Source of the DNA: Octopus bimaculoides
Lineage: Eukaryota
DNA length: 64,000 nt
Assembly (NCBI RefSeq): GCF_001194135.2
Contig: NC_068985.1
Location: 107,509,065-107,573,064 of the forward strand
Direction of reading: 5' to 3'
Under the pieces are notes generated by a model that was not told the DNA's origin, searched no databases, and saw only the letters and a list, made by a program, of their open reading frames with translations. Made by a program: the position numbers and the translations under genes. This document shows, one piece after another, positions 1-12,240 of this stretch. Numbering within the stretch: position 1 is the first letter of the stretch; each line of letters opens with the position of its first letter.

Positions 1-31
<31 letters not shown>

Positions 32-1029
32 ATCGTTTATTACTGTCGTCTCTTCTTGTGTGTGTGTGTGTGTACCATTTCTTTTTTTTTTTTAACATTA
101 AATTTCAATATAATCGTAATTTGCAATCTGAAAAGTATTTGTAGAAATTTTCATTAAAAAATATTCATTTTTCCGAAAGTTATGAGGAAACAAAGTTGTG
201 GGAGGGGTGTACGTGTTACACACACACACACACACACAATTTTTCCAGAGTGATATATTTTCTTTGTGAAACTCAAAGTGGTGGATTAGCCAAATCGTTA
301 GCACGTTAAAGAGAATACATTAGTGCTATTTATTTTCGCTCTTTACATTTCAAATTCAAATCGCACTGGTTGCAAGTTTGCCTTTTTTTCCTTCTGGAGT
401 TGATAAAATAAAGAACTAGTTCAATGCTAGGGTGCACCCCTTTTACCACCCGAGCTGTCACATCTTGGACCTTCCGCCGGAGTGAGGAGTGGGCGAGTTA
501 AATGGGGTGTCTGTGATTGCTCATAGGTACATGTGTACTTAATAATCAGAAGCGTAACACATCAAACATGTTGACACCAAGTCACACTCGAGTGCAAATG
601 ACGACAGAGATGTTAATAGTGAGATAAAACAGTTCGTATAAAGTTAAACTGTTAATTTTCTTCTGGAAAATAACATGTTTCTTAATCATTGTGAAAGATA
701 TTTAGCTTCCTATTACTTAGAGTCATTACGTGTATTCAAAAGAATTTCAGAATTACCCTTAATGTTTTTATCAACATATGTGAGCTTGGAAGACTAAATT
801 GCATTCGTTTCTAAATTTTATGTGAAAACCTTAAGGAATAGTTTTAAGATAATGATGTTATGAGTAGGAGCGGTATCCAATCTGGTCAAAAAAAATATTG
901 TGATGCAAGTAAACAACGAAGGAATATCTAAAGGGGGAAAAAAAATTGGCCAAACTTACCAGCCATGGTTAAAAGCGAGCCCTTTTCAACGTCTGGAAAA
1001 GATCTTGTTTTGTAGGTAGTTATGTGTGA

Positions 1030-1850
1030 AGTGCGGTGTCTGTTCAGACAAGCAAAATATAAGAAAACCAGAAGAGAAAGAGGAGTGTTTAAACAATTGA
1101 GAGAGAAAAATATGAATGAATATAAGAGCGAGTGAGAATGGAAACGGATTAAGTGTCAAAGTGAGTAAAAAAGAAAGAGAATGAATAAATAAAGAGGGAA
1201 TAAGCGATATATATATATATATAAAGGAAATAGAAGAAAGAATGAATGTTAAAGAGATAGAGGGGGAATGAACGATATAGAAGGAGTGGCTGAGGGTGTG
1301 AGCAGGATATATATATAATATATATATATATATATAGATAGATATAGTGAGAGAAAGAGAGAGAAAGAATGGCTGGGTGAGAGAAAGAGAGAGAGAAAAA
1401 CAGACAGAAACAGAGGGAGAAAGAGAGCAAAGGAGTGAGAAATATACACAGAACGATAATAATAGAGAGGTGAAGAGAGTGAGTGAGAAATATAAGGAAT
1501 GGTTGGAGGGGGTGCAAGAAATATACCGGGAGGGAATGGTAAAGGCTGAGAACAGAAGAGAGTGAGCGAGTGAGATATAGGGAATAGCTTAGAGTGAGAC
1601 TAAGAGAATAAGTGAGAGAATGGTAAAGATAGAGAAGTAAAGAAAGTGAGAGTGACTGATATATAATAATGTCTGAGTGAGAGAAAGAGAAAGGGTGAGT
1701 GAGAGAAGTGAAAATAATAGTAAAGATAGAGAGGTGAAGAGACTGAGTAAGCGATGTAGAAAGAATAGTAGTAGTTAGAGAGAAAAATGAGGAACGGTAA
1801 GAGAAAAGCAACGAAACGGGGAAGTGAAAAGAGGAATTGTATATGAAGCA
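1030..1850 (+). repeat. Purine-rich (GA)n-like low-complexity tract
   Basis: Direct inspection. Confidence 0.85.
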
Positions 1851-1930
1851 GATGGTGGGAGGGTAATTTCTCTACGACAACTTTCTCTGACTACCTTGTT
1901 CTAGACGAGAGGCGTGGCTTGTTACCAATA

Positions 1931-1971
<41 letters not shown>

Positions 1972-2061
1972 CTCTCTCTCTATGTCTCTGTCTCCCTCTA
2001 CTTTTGCCTCCCTCCCTCTCTGTCTCATTGTTGTTATTGTAAAAACAATAAATAATAAAGG

Positions 2062-2260
2062 GTGTTCAATAAAGGTTCTCCGCAGAGACTTGTTTTCATC
2101 CTGCGCATCACCACCATGGCGCTATTTCAAGAGTTTTTCAGTGAACCGATTATTTCGAAGGGACTTCGACCACCTAGATCACCAGATTTAACACCGCCAG
2201 ACTTTTTTTCCTGGGGAGCAAGTATAGGATCAGTGTACAAGAATCGCCCGAAAGCCTTAA
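2062..2260 (+). mobile_element. Tc1/mariner transposase fragment
   Basis: Translation ...SKGLRPPRSPDLTPPDFFSWG, the degenerate WPPRSPDLxPxDFFLWG motif. Confidence 0.8.
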
Positions 2261-2296
2261 ATACTTACTGTGGAGAAACTTTCTGAACTTTCTATA

Positions 2297-2506
2297 CAAG
2301 GTGTCCACAAAGTCTGGGTACATGGGGATTAACACATACATTAAGAAATTATTATTTCTTATATTTAAATGTTTGTTATGATTTTATTTACTCCATGTAC
2401 CCACATGGTGATTAACACATACTTTAAGAAATTATTATTCCTTATATTTAATTGTTTATGTTATGATTTTATTTACTCCATGTACCCAGACCTTGTGGAC
2501 ACCCTG
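2297..2506. mobile_element. Tc1/mariner-type MITE with 2 internal ~85-bp units
   Basis: TIR CA(A/G)GGTGTCCACAAAGTCTGGGTACATGG at both ends, flanked by TA. Confidence 0.85.
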
Positions 2507-2684
2507 TAGTACTAGTGGTTGCCGAAATGACTGATGTCTATCGTCCTGAGGGTGTGATGTTTATAGGCTTCAATCTCCACCCCAAAGAAATACAAAAAAA
2601 AAAGTCCGAGCAAGAGTTGTCAGACAGGTTTGCGTGTAATAAAAAGTTTGATCGTCTGCAATGTTAGACATGTATGTATGTGTG

Positions 2685-2723
<39 letters not shown>

Positions 2724-3029
2724 AGAAACACGCACGTATCCATGCATAAATACATGCATGTATGCGCACGCGCAAGCACACTTTGCTGCAAAGTAAAGTT
2801 CCACTGGTTGTGATTTCACTTTTGCCAAGTTGAAGGCTTCATCAGACCGGGATGAAATCACCAACCGCCAAAGTTTCGAAATCAGTCGACTTTTCCCTTG
2901 AGTTAATAATAAATGTAATACTCCGCTGAATACATTTATGTAGAATCAACATGAATTTATTCAGTAATGCTTTCACAATGTTTGACTATGCAAAAAGAAA
3001 GATCCAACATTAATATTCGCGCATCTATC

Positions 3030-3385
3030 TATCATCATCATCATCATCGTTTAACGTCCGCTTTCCATGCTAGCATGGGTTGGACGATTTGACTGAGGAC
3101 TGATGAAACCAGATGGCTACACCAAGCTTCAATCTGATTTGGCAGAGTTTCTACAGCTGGATGCCCTTCCTTACGTCAACCACTCCGAGAGTGTAGTGGG
3201 TGGTTTTACATGTCACCAGCACGAAAGCCAGCCAGGAGGTACTGGCAACGGCCACGTTCGAAATGGTGTATTTTACGTGCCACCTGCACAGGAGCCAGTC
3301 CAGGGGCACTGGCAACGATCTCGCTCGAATGTCTTTTCACGTGCCACTGGTACAAGTGCCAGGAAGGCGACGTTGGTAACGGTTA
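3030..3385 (-). mobile_element. SINE/short LINE-tail family B with (GAT)n tail
   Basis: ctggatgcccttcc...gcatggaaagcggacgttaaacgatgatgat. Other copies at 18395-18463, 21201-21443, 30546-30697, 31095-31370 and 37868-38230. Confidence 0.8.
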
Positions 3386-3738
3386 GGCGACGTTATCTAT
3401 CTGTGTGTGTGTGTGCGTGTGTGTGTGTGTGTGTGTGTAATCAGAAGATCCAAGGATCTAAGTGTAGGAGGTTTGTAAGCTTCGAGCAGTCTGTGATAGG
3501 TATAAAAGACAACGTTCAGAAACAACAATTTATTGGTGTCAAGTTAACTTGGGGTTCCTTAAAAGCAATATAACCTTCATATAATTAAGGTAGCTCAACC
3601 TGATGAGTAGCTGGCTGAATACCTCATTGAATGCTCAAAAGGAGAAGATAGACAGCTGACAACCATTTTTTTCTCATTGTTTACGTATTTAACTCGTTTG
3701 TTTACATATTTCATGTTATTTGCACTGTTGGTGACGTC

Positions 3739-3769
<31 letters not shown>

Positions 3770-3770
3770 A

Positions 3771-4165
3771 TCTTTTACTCTTTTACTTGTTTCAGTCGTT
3801 TGACTGTGGCCATGCTGGAGCACCGCCTTTAGTCGAGCAAATCGACCCCAGGACTTATTCTTTACAAGCCTAGTACTTATTCTATCGGTCTCTTTTGCCG
3901 AACCGCTAAGTTACGGGGACATAAACACACCAGCATCGGTTGTCAAGCGATGTTGAGGGGACAAACACAGACACACAAATACATACATATATATATATAT
4001 ACATATATACGACGGTCTTCTTTCAGTTTCCGTCTACCAAATCCACTCACAAGGCTTTGTTCGGCTCGAGGCTATAGTAGAAGACACTTGCCCAAGATGC
4101 CACGCAGTGGGACTGAACCCAGAACCATGTGGTTGGCAGCAAGCTACTTACCACACAGCTACTCC

Positions 4166-4166
<1 letters not shown>
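3771..4166 (-). mobile_element. SINE family A (tRNA-like head, internal (TA)/(TG) microsatellite, AGAGTAAA tail)
   Basis: Full-length copy. Head ggagtggctgtgtggtaag...ggttcagtccc. Confidence 0.85.
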
Positions 4167-4208
<42 letters not shown>

Positions 4209-5017
4209 ATGAATATATAAACCTTTAAAAAAAAAATCTTTGTTCATTTCCTTCACTTTCAACCTGTGTCTATGTGATAGATAAGGCAGTTTTAGAGTCA
4301 TTTGACATCTTCTTCTAGCATGTAGTTTGCCCTTATTATAATTTCTATAAAAAATTATAAACTCTATATTAATTTATACCTAAAAGTTTTTACACACTAG
4401 CTACCTGATAAAATCCTATATAGATTTTATCCTTAATTATGATAATAATAGTATTAATAAATAAATACATACACACCCATATATAGAAAGAGAGAGAGAG
4501 ATGTATATAAAGCATAATTAGAGGATAAAATCATTAAAATTAATTAATTTTATCAGTGACCAGCATATAAAAACCCTTTAGGTAAAATACGTTCATAGAG
4601 ATATACATTGTATAGGGTACAATTATACTTAAGACATAATAGCTTTTGTGCCCTTAAATATAGTTATACCCTATACAATTATATATCTATATATATGTGC
4701 GTGTGTGTATATGTATGTATGTTTGTATGTATACTTACATACATACATATATGTATGTATAGCAATGATATGAGAGGTTTTGGTATCCAGAAGACCCAAA
4801 ATGGCATGTAAGGCTATGTAAGTGCTACAGAAGGACTGTAGTTAGACTCCTGGTTCCATAATAGTATGTTTAAAATCAATGACAAAACTTTAAAATGATT
4901 TAACATTATTTAGTGTTAAAGTATAAAGTTCTCTACTTCCCTCGGGTATATTTTATAATTTAAAATAGCAGACATCAATAGGTAAGTCCGTATCAGTTTA
5001 GTATACACAAGAGAAAC

Positions 5018-5222
5018 AAAAACACGGGTCAAAGGTGAATACAAACACCCAGCAAATATGAGCATGTAAAATCCATTTGTGCTCACCATGTCCAAAAATT
5101 CACAAAACACATGGGTCAAAAGACAAATACAGCACCCAGCAGGTATCAATCGGTAAAATCCATTTCAACCACCATTTATAAGAGTTCACAAAAAACATGG
5201 GTCAAAAAGCAAATACAGCACC
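5018..5222 (+). repeat. ~90-bp tandem repeat, about 2.5 units
   Basis: aaaacacatgggtcaaaa...aatacagcaccc recurring. Confidence 0.6.
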
Positions 5223-5474
5223 TATGGCCATTTCGGGGGTACACCACTGTATTCTAAACACAATAGAGTGTAAACTGGTGATGACCCCCTCGTCAGGGTA
5301 AAATTACACACAAATGTCAAGACATGCACAAAAGGAAAAATTATTTTTTATATAAGAGCAAGTTTATATAGTCAATATGGACCAGCCCTAGACAAGCCTA
5401 TGCAAATAATGGAGGAAAAAAAAACCCTGACGTTTTAATTCTATAACTAATATTTTACTCTTGTCTCAATTATT

Positions 5475-5722
5475 NNNNNNNNNNNNNNNNNNNNNNNNNN
5501 NNNNNNNNNNNNNNNNNNNNNNNNNNNNNNNNNNNNNNNNNNNNNNNNNNNNNNNNNNNNNNNNNNNNNNNNNNNNNNNNNNNNNNNNNNNNNNNNNNNN
5601 NNNNNNNNNNNNNNNNNNNNNNNNNNNNNNNNNNNNNNNNNNNNNNNNNNNNNNNNNNNNNNNNNNNNNNNNNNNNNNNNNNNNNNNNNNNNNNNNNNNN
5701 NNNNNNNNNNNNNNNNNNNNNN
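5475..5722. other. Assembly gap
   Basis: N run. Others at 7959-8385, 9791-10038, 18464-19347, 22518-22680, 30791-31077, 40675-40930 and 45971-46064. Confidence 0.98.
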
Positions 5723-5794
<72 letters not shown>

Positions 5795-6699
5795 CGCAGG
5801 AGTGGTTGTGTGGTAAGTAGCTTGCTTACCAACCACATGGTTCCAGGTTCAGTCCCACTGCGTGGCACCTTGGGCAAGTGTCTTCTACTATAGCCTTGGG
5901 CCAACCAAAGCTTTGTGAATGGATTTGGTAGACGGAAACACACATACACATCTTTCACTTGTTTCAGTCATTGGATTGCAGCCATGTTGGGGGCATCGCT
6001 TTGAAGGGTTCTTTAGTCAAACAAATACACCGCAGTACTTATTTTCAAAGCCTAGTACTCATTCATTGTTCATTCTTTATTTCATGACTGATTTAAGCCT
6101 GTGGTTAATATATCAAATAACTACGTGGTTTTGAAGTTTGGATTTACAGTCTGCACCTGTCTCATGCTATTGATAATCACTATGCAGTGTTATAACCTCG
6201 ATTGAAACATCCTGTTAGCTGAGTTTATTGCATGCTTTTACTGAGGTATTCACCCAGATTTATTTAATTCCTATTTTAATTTATTATACACATACATGCA
6301 TTTCCCCTTTTCGTTTTTCTTGCTCCCCCTCTCTCACTTTCTTAGCATTCTCTTTCTTTAATCTCTCTACTTTCCTCTGTTATCTCCCTTGTACCCCCCC
6401 ACCGCCGCTCTCTATCTCTAGTTCCTTGCCCAATTCTTCAATCCCTCTGCTCCCTACCTCTCTCTGTTCCACCCACGTAACCTGTGTTTGGCCAAGCATG
6501 ATCTTTCTTTCTTGGCTTGACTGCTGATCACACAACACCTTATTTTCCTGTCTCCTGACTTTCATTTATGTTTGTTGCCATAAGGCCTCCACTTCACACG
6601 TCAGCTTAACTTTACCTGTCCTTTTAGTCAAAAGACACCTGTTGTTAGTCTTGTTGTTTGTATTTGTAATCGTGTAACATTTTCTCCATTTTCTCAGTT

Positions 6700-7575
6700 A
6701 AGAATATGAAGACAAGGAAAGCCCCCAGCCCATCAGGAATCACTTCTGAAATGCTTAAAATATCTGGCAGAAGAGGATATAGCCTAGTCACCCGTATAGT
6801 TAATCAGGTTACCCATGAGGGAATCATACCTAGCAATTGGTGCAACAGCATCATAGTTAACTGCTACAAAGGCAAAAGTGCCTTAGGCAGAATTAATAGA
6901 GAGGCATCAGATTGCTGAATCAGGTGATGAAAGTCACAGAAAGAGTCATAGCTCAATTCATTAGGAAGAGATTTAGTGTAGACGAGATGCCGAGCAGGAG
7001 CACGACTGATGCTATATTACTGATTAGGCAACTGCAGGAGAAATATTTAACCAAAAATAAACCTCTGTACTTGGCTTTTATTGACATGGGGAAAGCTTTT
7101 GACAGAGTCCTCTGCTCCCTTATCTGGTGGTCAATGCAGAAGTTAGGGATAGATGAGTGATTAGTGAGAGCAGTACAAACCATGTACAGGGATGTTGCCA
7201 GTAAGGTGTAGTTTGGCAATGAGTATAGCAATAAATTCAGTGTACAAGTAGGAGTCCACCAAGTCTCAGTTCTTAGCCCCCTCCTGTTTATCTTAATCCT
7301 CCAGGCTTTTATGGAGGTATTCAAAACTGCCTGTCCCTGGGAGCTCCTCTATGCTGACGACCTTGTTCTTATAGCCGAATCACTACCAAACCTAGAGAAG
7401 TAACTTCAGATGTGGAAACATGGTCTGGAATCTAACGGCCTTAGGGTTAATTTAGTAAAACCTGAAGTCTTAATAAGTACGAAAACAGACAAATCACAGG
7501 TCCCTTCTGGAAGATGACCCTGCTTGATATGTAAGAAGGGCACTGGTAGAAACTCCATATGTTGTACACCCAGTG
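6700..7575 (+). mobile_element. Degenerate RTE-clade LINE reverse transcriptase with C-terminal Cys motif
   Basis: KAPSPSGITSEMLK, STTDAILLIRQLQEKY, LAFIDMGKAFDRV, LLYADDLVLIA and PCLICKKGTGRNSICCT, with stops and frameshifts. Confidence 0.9.
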
Positions 7576-7606
7576 CATCTTTTCCCTGACTTAAGGTCTC
7601 GCAGAT

Positions 7607-7886
7607 CAGGGGTTTTCAAACTTTTTGACTTCCGGACCCCTTTATATTTCAGGCTTTACCTTAGGGACCCCCTTATAAACGCTTATGAAATTTATACATA
7701 AATATTTGCTTAAAATAACATATATTTTTACATTTATTTATTTAACAGTATTCAACAAATAGGTTTGTCAATTAAAAGATTTCGATTAAAAAACATATAT
7801 AAAATCAAGTATTTGCTGTCCACGGACCCCCTGTCTTGTCCTTGCGGACCCCCTGTGGTCCACGGACCACAGTTTGAAAGCCCCTG
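7607..7886. mobile_element. hAT-type MITE
   Basis: TIR CAGGGGTTTTCAAAC / GTTTGAAAGCCCCTG with a perfect 8-bp TSD TCGCAGAT on both sides. Confidence 0.9.
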
Positions 7887-8385
7887 TCGCAGATGACTTA
7901 AACATGCACGCACACACTACCACAAAACATAGAGTGTATTGCAATAGGTTCTCCGTGGNNNNNNNNNNNNNNNNNNNNNNNNNNNNNNNNNNNNNNNNNN
8001 NNNNNNNNNNNNNNNNNNNNNNNNNNNNNNNNNNNNNNNNNNNNNNNNNNNNNNNNNNNNNNNNNNNNNNNNNNNNNNNNNNNNNNNNNNNNNNNNNNNN
8101 NNNNNNNNNNNNNNNNNNNNNNNNNNNNNNNNNNNNNNNNNNNNNNNNNNNNNNNNNNNNNNNNNNNNNNNNNNNNNNNNNNNNNNNNNNNNNNNNNNNN
8201 NNNNNNNNNNNNNNNNNNNNNNNNNNNNNNNNNNNNNNNNNNNNNNNNNNNNNNNNNNNNNNNNNNNNNNNNNNNNNNNNNNNNNNNNNNNNNNNNNNNN
8301 NNNNNNNNNNNNNNNNNNNNNNNNNNNNNNNNNNNNNNNNNNNNNNNNNNNNNNNNNNNNNNNNNNNNNNNNNNNNNNNNNNNNN

Positions 8386-8512
8386 GGAAGCCCAAGCCAA
8401 CATCTCTTCAGTTTTCCGGCCATTGAAAATTCCTGTGAAAAATGACCTTCCTTCATTTTTCACAGGAATTTTCACTGGCCGGATAACTGAAGAGATGTTA
8501 GCTTGGGCTCCC
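8386..8512. repeat. Near-perfect hairpin, 60-bp arms, 7-nt loop
   Basis: Arms 8386-8445 and 8453-8512 with 4 mismatches. The left end is cut by a gap. Confidence 0.9.
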
Positions 8513-8640
8513 ACCCTGGCATCCAAAACTCAGAGTTTTATCATGGCTACCAAATAAGTGTCACATATTTTTACAGATATATATATATATATATATATAT
8601 ATGCATATATGTACATATACATGTGTATATATCATGTCTA

Positions 8641-8693
<53 letters not shown>

Positions 8694-8915
8694 ATATACA
8701 TTTATAATATTTATACATACATACACGCACACACACACACACATATATATATACACACACACACACATATACATACATATAAATGTATATATAAAAATAG
8801 ATGAATTGATAGATAGCTAGATAAACATGTATGTGTGTGTCTGTGTGTGAACAAAGACTGAAAATGAGGAGTGAGAGAGGATATGAGAGAGAGTGAGATG
8901 GATAGATAGATAGAT

Positions 8916-8950
<35 letters not shown>

Positions 8951-10038
8951 AGCATATGTTGAAGAGTGTTATCACAATATAACTGATAAACTGGATCAAT
9001 ATATCAGTTAAGTAGCCTAGAGACATGTAAAAACAGAGACATTGATATGGTAACATCTGAACAACGAATGATTTAAATGTCCAGCAAATGGAATTTTGCA
9101 GGTCATGGAGATCTTAACGAGTGAATGAGTTGGGTAAGTTGAGCCAAATCAGGCAGGTGAATCAGTTGGTAGGCTGATAGGATGGTTGGTTGGTGGGTAG
9201 GCAGACACAGATTGATCGGTAAGTAGACTGACTGAGAGGCATAGGTAAGTAGTCAGGTCGGTAGGTATGTATGCATGCATGCATGTATGCATGTATGTAT
9301 GTATATATATATATCTCTATATCTATCTATCTATCTATATACGATGGGCTTCTTTCAGTTTCCATCTACCAAATCTACTCACAAGGCTTTGGTCAGCCCA
9401 AGGCTATAGTAGAAGACACTTGCCCAAGGTGCCATGCAGTAGGACTGAACCCAGAACCATGTAGTTGGTAAGTAAGCTTCTTACTACACAGCCACATCTT
9501 TTATCTTTCATCTTTTACTTGTTTCGGTAATATATATATATATATATAAATTAAAAACAAAACACAAAGTATTCCGCGGTACACGTGTTTCAAGCTTTAT
9601 AGTCTGGCATACACAGGTGCTTACAATTATCAAGTATTACCTCTAACATTTACTTTACCTATATATATATATATAAGCCAGCTGGAGGAGATGTCCTCCT
9701 GGGGCTAAAAGCAACAGTAACATCCACCCCTAGGGGTCAGCCACACTTAAGTGGCAATATACTACACTTTATATATATATAGATATATAGNNNNNNNNNN
9801 NNNNNNNNNNNNNNNNNNNNNNNNNNNNNNNNNNNNNNNNNNNNNNNNNNNNNNNNNNNNNNNNNNNNNNNNNNNNNNNNNNNNNNNNNNNNNNNNNNNN
9901 NNNNNNNNNNNNNNNNNNNNNNNNNNNNNNNNNNNNNNNNNNNNNNNNNNNNNNNNNNNNNNNNNNNNNNNNNNNNNNNNNNNNNNNNNNNNNNNNNNNN
10001 NNNNNNNNNNNNNNNNNNNNNNNNNNNNNNNNNNNNNN

Positions 10039-10441
10039 ACAGTAACATCCACCCCTAGGGGTCAGCCACACTTAAGTGGCAATATACTACACTTTATCGT
10101 GCAGTTACTGTTAATACTTCATTTAGAGAATTAACATTGCTTGTTTTCACCTTTTCAATATCAGTGAAGAATGTCACTGGAAAAGAAGATATAAGGTTTG
10201 CCAGGTTTTTGTCTCTCTCACCAAGGTCATCAGCTGTCGAACGCCGACGAAGGGAAATAACCCTGAAATCCGGATACGTTCGTGCTGCTGGTCGAGGTGA
10301 GAGGGATAACTCCCTTGGCAAACAGGACACAGTCGTGTGTCGATAAGCCAGCTGGAGGAGATGTCCTCCTGGGGCTAAAAGCAACAGTAACATCCACCCC
10401 TAGGGGTCAGCCACACTTAAGTGGCAATATACTACACTTTA
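10039..10441 (+). mobile_element. Retrozyme-like / Penelope pLTR-like unit, 345-nt period with terminal direct repeat
   Basis: acagtaacatcc...ctacacttta occurs at 10039-10096 and again at 10384-10441. The HHR lies between the two, and the right flank is (TA)n. Confidence 0.6.
10238..10282 (+). ncRNA. Minimal type I hammerhead ribozyme motif (U4C variant)
   Basis: Stem I CGAACG/CGTTCG, core CCGACGA, stem II AGGG/CCCT, GAAA, palindromic stem III ATCCGGAT. Cleavage triplet AUA, predicted cut after 10276. Confidence 0.7.
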
Positions 10442-12084
10442 TATATATATAGATATATAGATAAAGGAATAAATAATTATATGGTAAGGCTTCAACAAGT
10501 AGAATAGCACTCGATCAGCTAAGTCAGTAAAGACAATGATATGATAAAAAAGCAAATTAACAAGATTTGTGGTTTTTATTGAGTGAAGGTGTATAGATTA
10601 GCAAGACTTGTGGTTTTTATTGGGTGGAGGTGTATAGATTAGGGTGTTGGACACATGATTGTAAAATTGTGATTTTGATTCCTGGCCTGGACGATGCAGT
10701 GTGTTCTTGAGCAAAACATTTAAAGTTGAGTCCACACAGCTGGCAAAAATGAGTAACCTGTGATGGACTGGCATCCTGTCCAGGAGGGTATATGTGCACC
10801 ACAGAAACCAGGAACTGGTCCTATGAGTTGATATGACTCAAGACAGGCAGATAGGTACATTGGTGTTGACTGGACAAATGGTGAACAGAGACAGATGATA
10901 CTCCAACCTGTCTAGAGGAGCCTGTCTGCCCTATGACAGCATGGAAACAGACAGAATGAGGATGATGACAATGATAGTAGCAATGACGGTGACAATGACG
11001 ATATGTACATGTTGAGTGCATAGTTAGACATATGATGTAGAATTTGATTTAATAGTCTGATAGTTTCTGACAGAGAGGGACCGTCGGAAGATATGGACAT
11101 GAATAGACATAAAGTGTATACATTGAGTACATCCATAAACAACACAAAGCACAGATTTTGACTGAATAAAACACACACAGTATGTAGATCATGACAAAAT
11201 AGACATAAACAGTGCACAGATATCAAATGGATATATAGATGGTGTGTAGATAAACTAGTACAGTATGTAAATGTAGACTTGGTACAGAGTTACAGAATGT
11301 AGATGTTGACAGGATAATTTGACATAATGTGCAGATGTTGACAATATTGACAGGCATGGCTTGTTGACTAAATAGATGGATATAATATGTATGTGTTCAA
11401 TTGACAAACAGACAGTGTTACAGTGTGTAGACACTCATTGGAGTGACAGATGTAGTTTTCAGAAGTTGATCAGATAAACAAGTATGGCATGCAGATGTTG
11501 ACCAGACAAAAGACGCTGCATTTAGATGTTGATGGGATGCAAATATTTAATATTTGACTGGATAGATGCAGTGTACAGTTGTTGACAAGATTGATAGAAA
11601 AGTTTTGTAGATGTTGACTAGATGGACAGTCATAGGTTATAGATGTTGACCTAATATAAAATGTGTAGATGTTGACTTTTCTTGTCTTTTTAGGAATATG
11701 AAATTACTAGGAGTGGATTCTCAGTCCTCTTGCTCCCAGCCCTTTTAGTTGCCTCTTATGTCACACAGGGAATACAGCAACTGCATTCTACTGGGCCCCA
11801 CACAATCACAGCGGGGTTTGCCAGTTAACCCATAGCTAGGACCCTTACAGGTGTTACCACTCTGGGCCAGAGTAGACCCGGGAACAATAGTGGCTATGAG
11901 GTGGTTCCACACTCCTCAAAACCTTGAATCCAGGGTCCCACTACCGGATGTAGTTTATAGTCATACTCAGGACAGCACATGTTGTCGGGACCTGCTGCTG
12001 ATACTGGGGGTTGACACAATGCACCTAAGTATCTTTTATTTTTTATCTTTTGTTATTCTTTGAAAGCTGCCATAGTCAGAGTAA

Positions 12085-12183
12085 TGTCCAAAATGTACCA
12101 GGACCACTTGATTCAAGCATGTAGATGATTTAGATTTTATATAGAAGCAGTTGTTGAAGCTGAAGGTGACTTTATTGAATAAC
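12085..12183 (+). mobile_element. C-terminal fragment of a maT/DD37D-like transposase
   Basis: LIQACR*FRFYIEAVVEAEGDFIE*. Confidence 0.7.
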
Positions 12184-12240
12184 ATTATAGCATTTTTGCA
12201 CTGGGTACAACATATGGAGTTTCTACCAACACTTTTCTTA

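Noticed and set aside
420-530. CpG-containing stretch with a short ORF and possible donor
   Set aside because: Only a 25-codon ORF, with no recognisable motif cluster.
1149-1811. 220-aa minus-strand ORF and many other listed ORFs rich in YI, CV, HT, H or M runs
   Set aside because: Translations of microsatellites and low-complexity tracts.
3103-3573. 156-aa ORF and similar ORFs at 37982 and 31147
   Set aside because: They lie within SINE family B copies, with no protein signature.
9570-9640. Minus-strand GAAACACGTGTA with a palindromic stem III-like motif
   Set aside because: No CUGANGA core or stem I upstream.
10130-10233. CTGATGA on the minus strand of the retrozyme-like unit (10233-10227), a possible opposite-polarity hammerhead
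   Set aside because: No convincing GAAA placement together with a stem I partner could be found.
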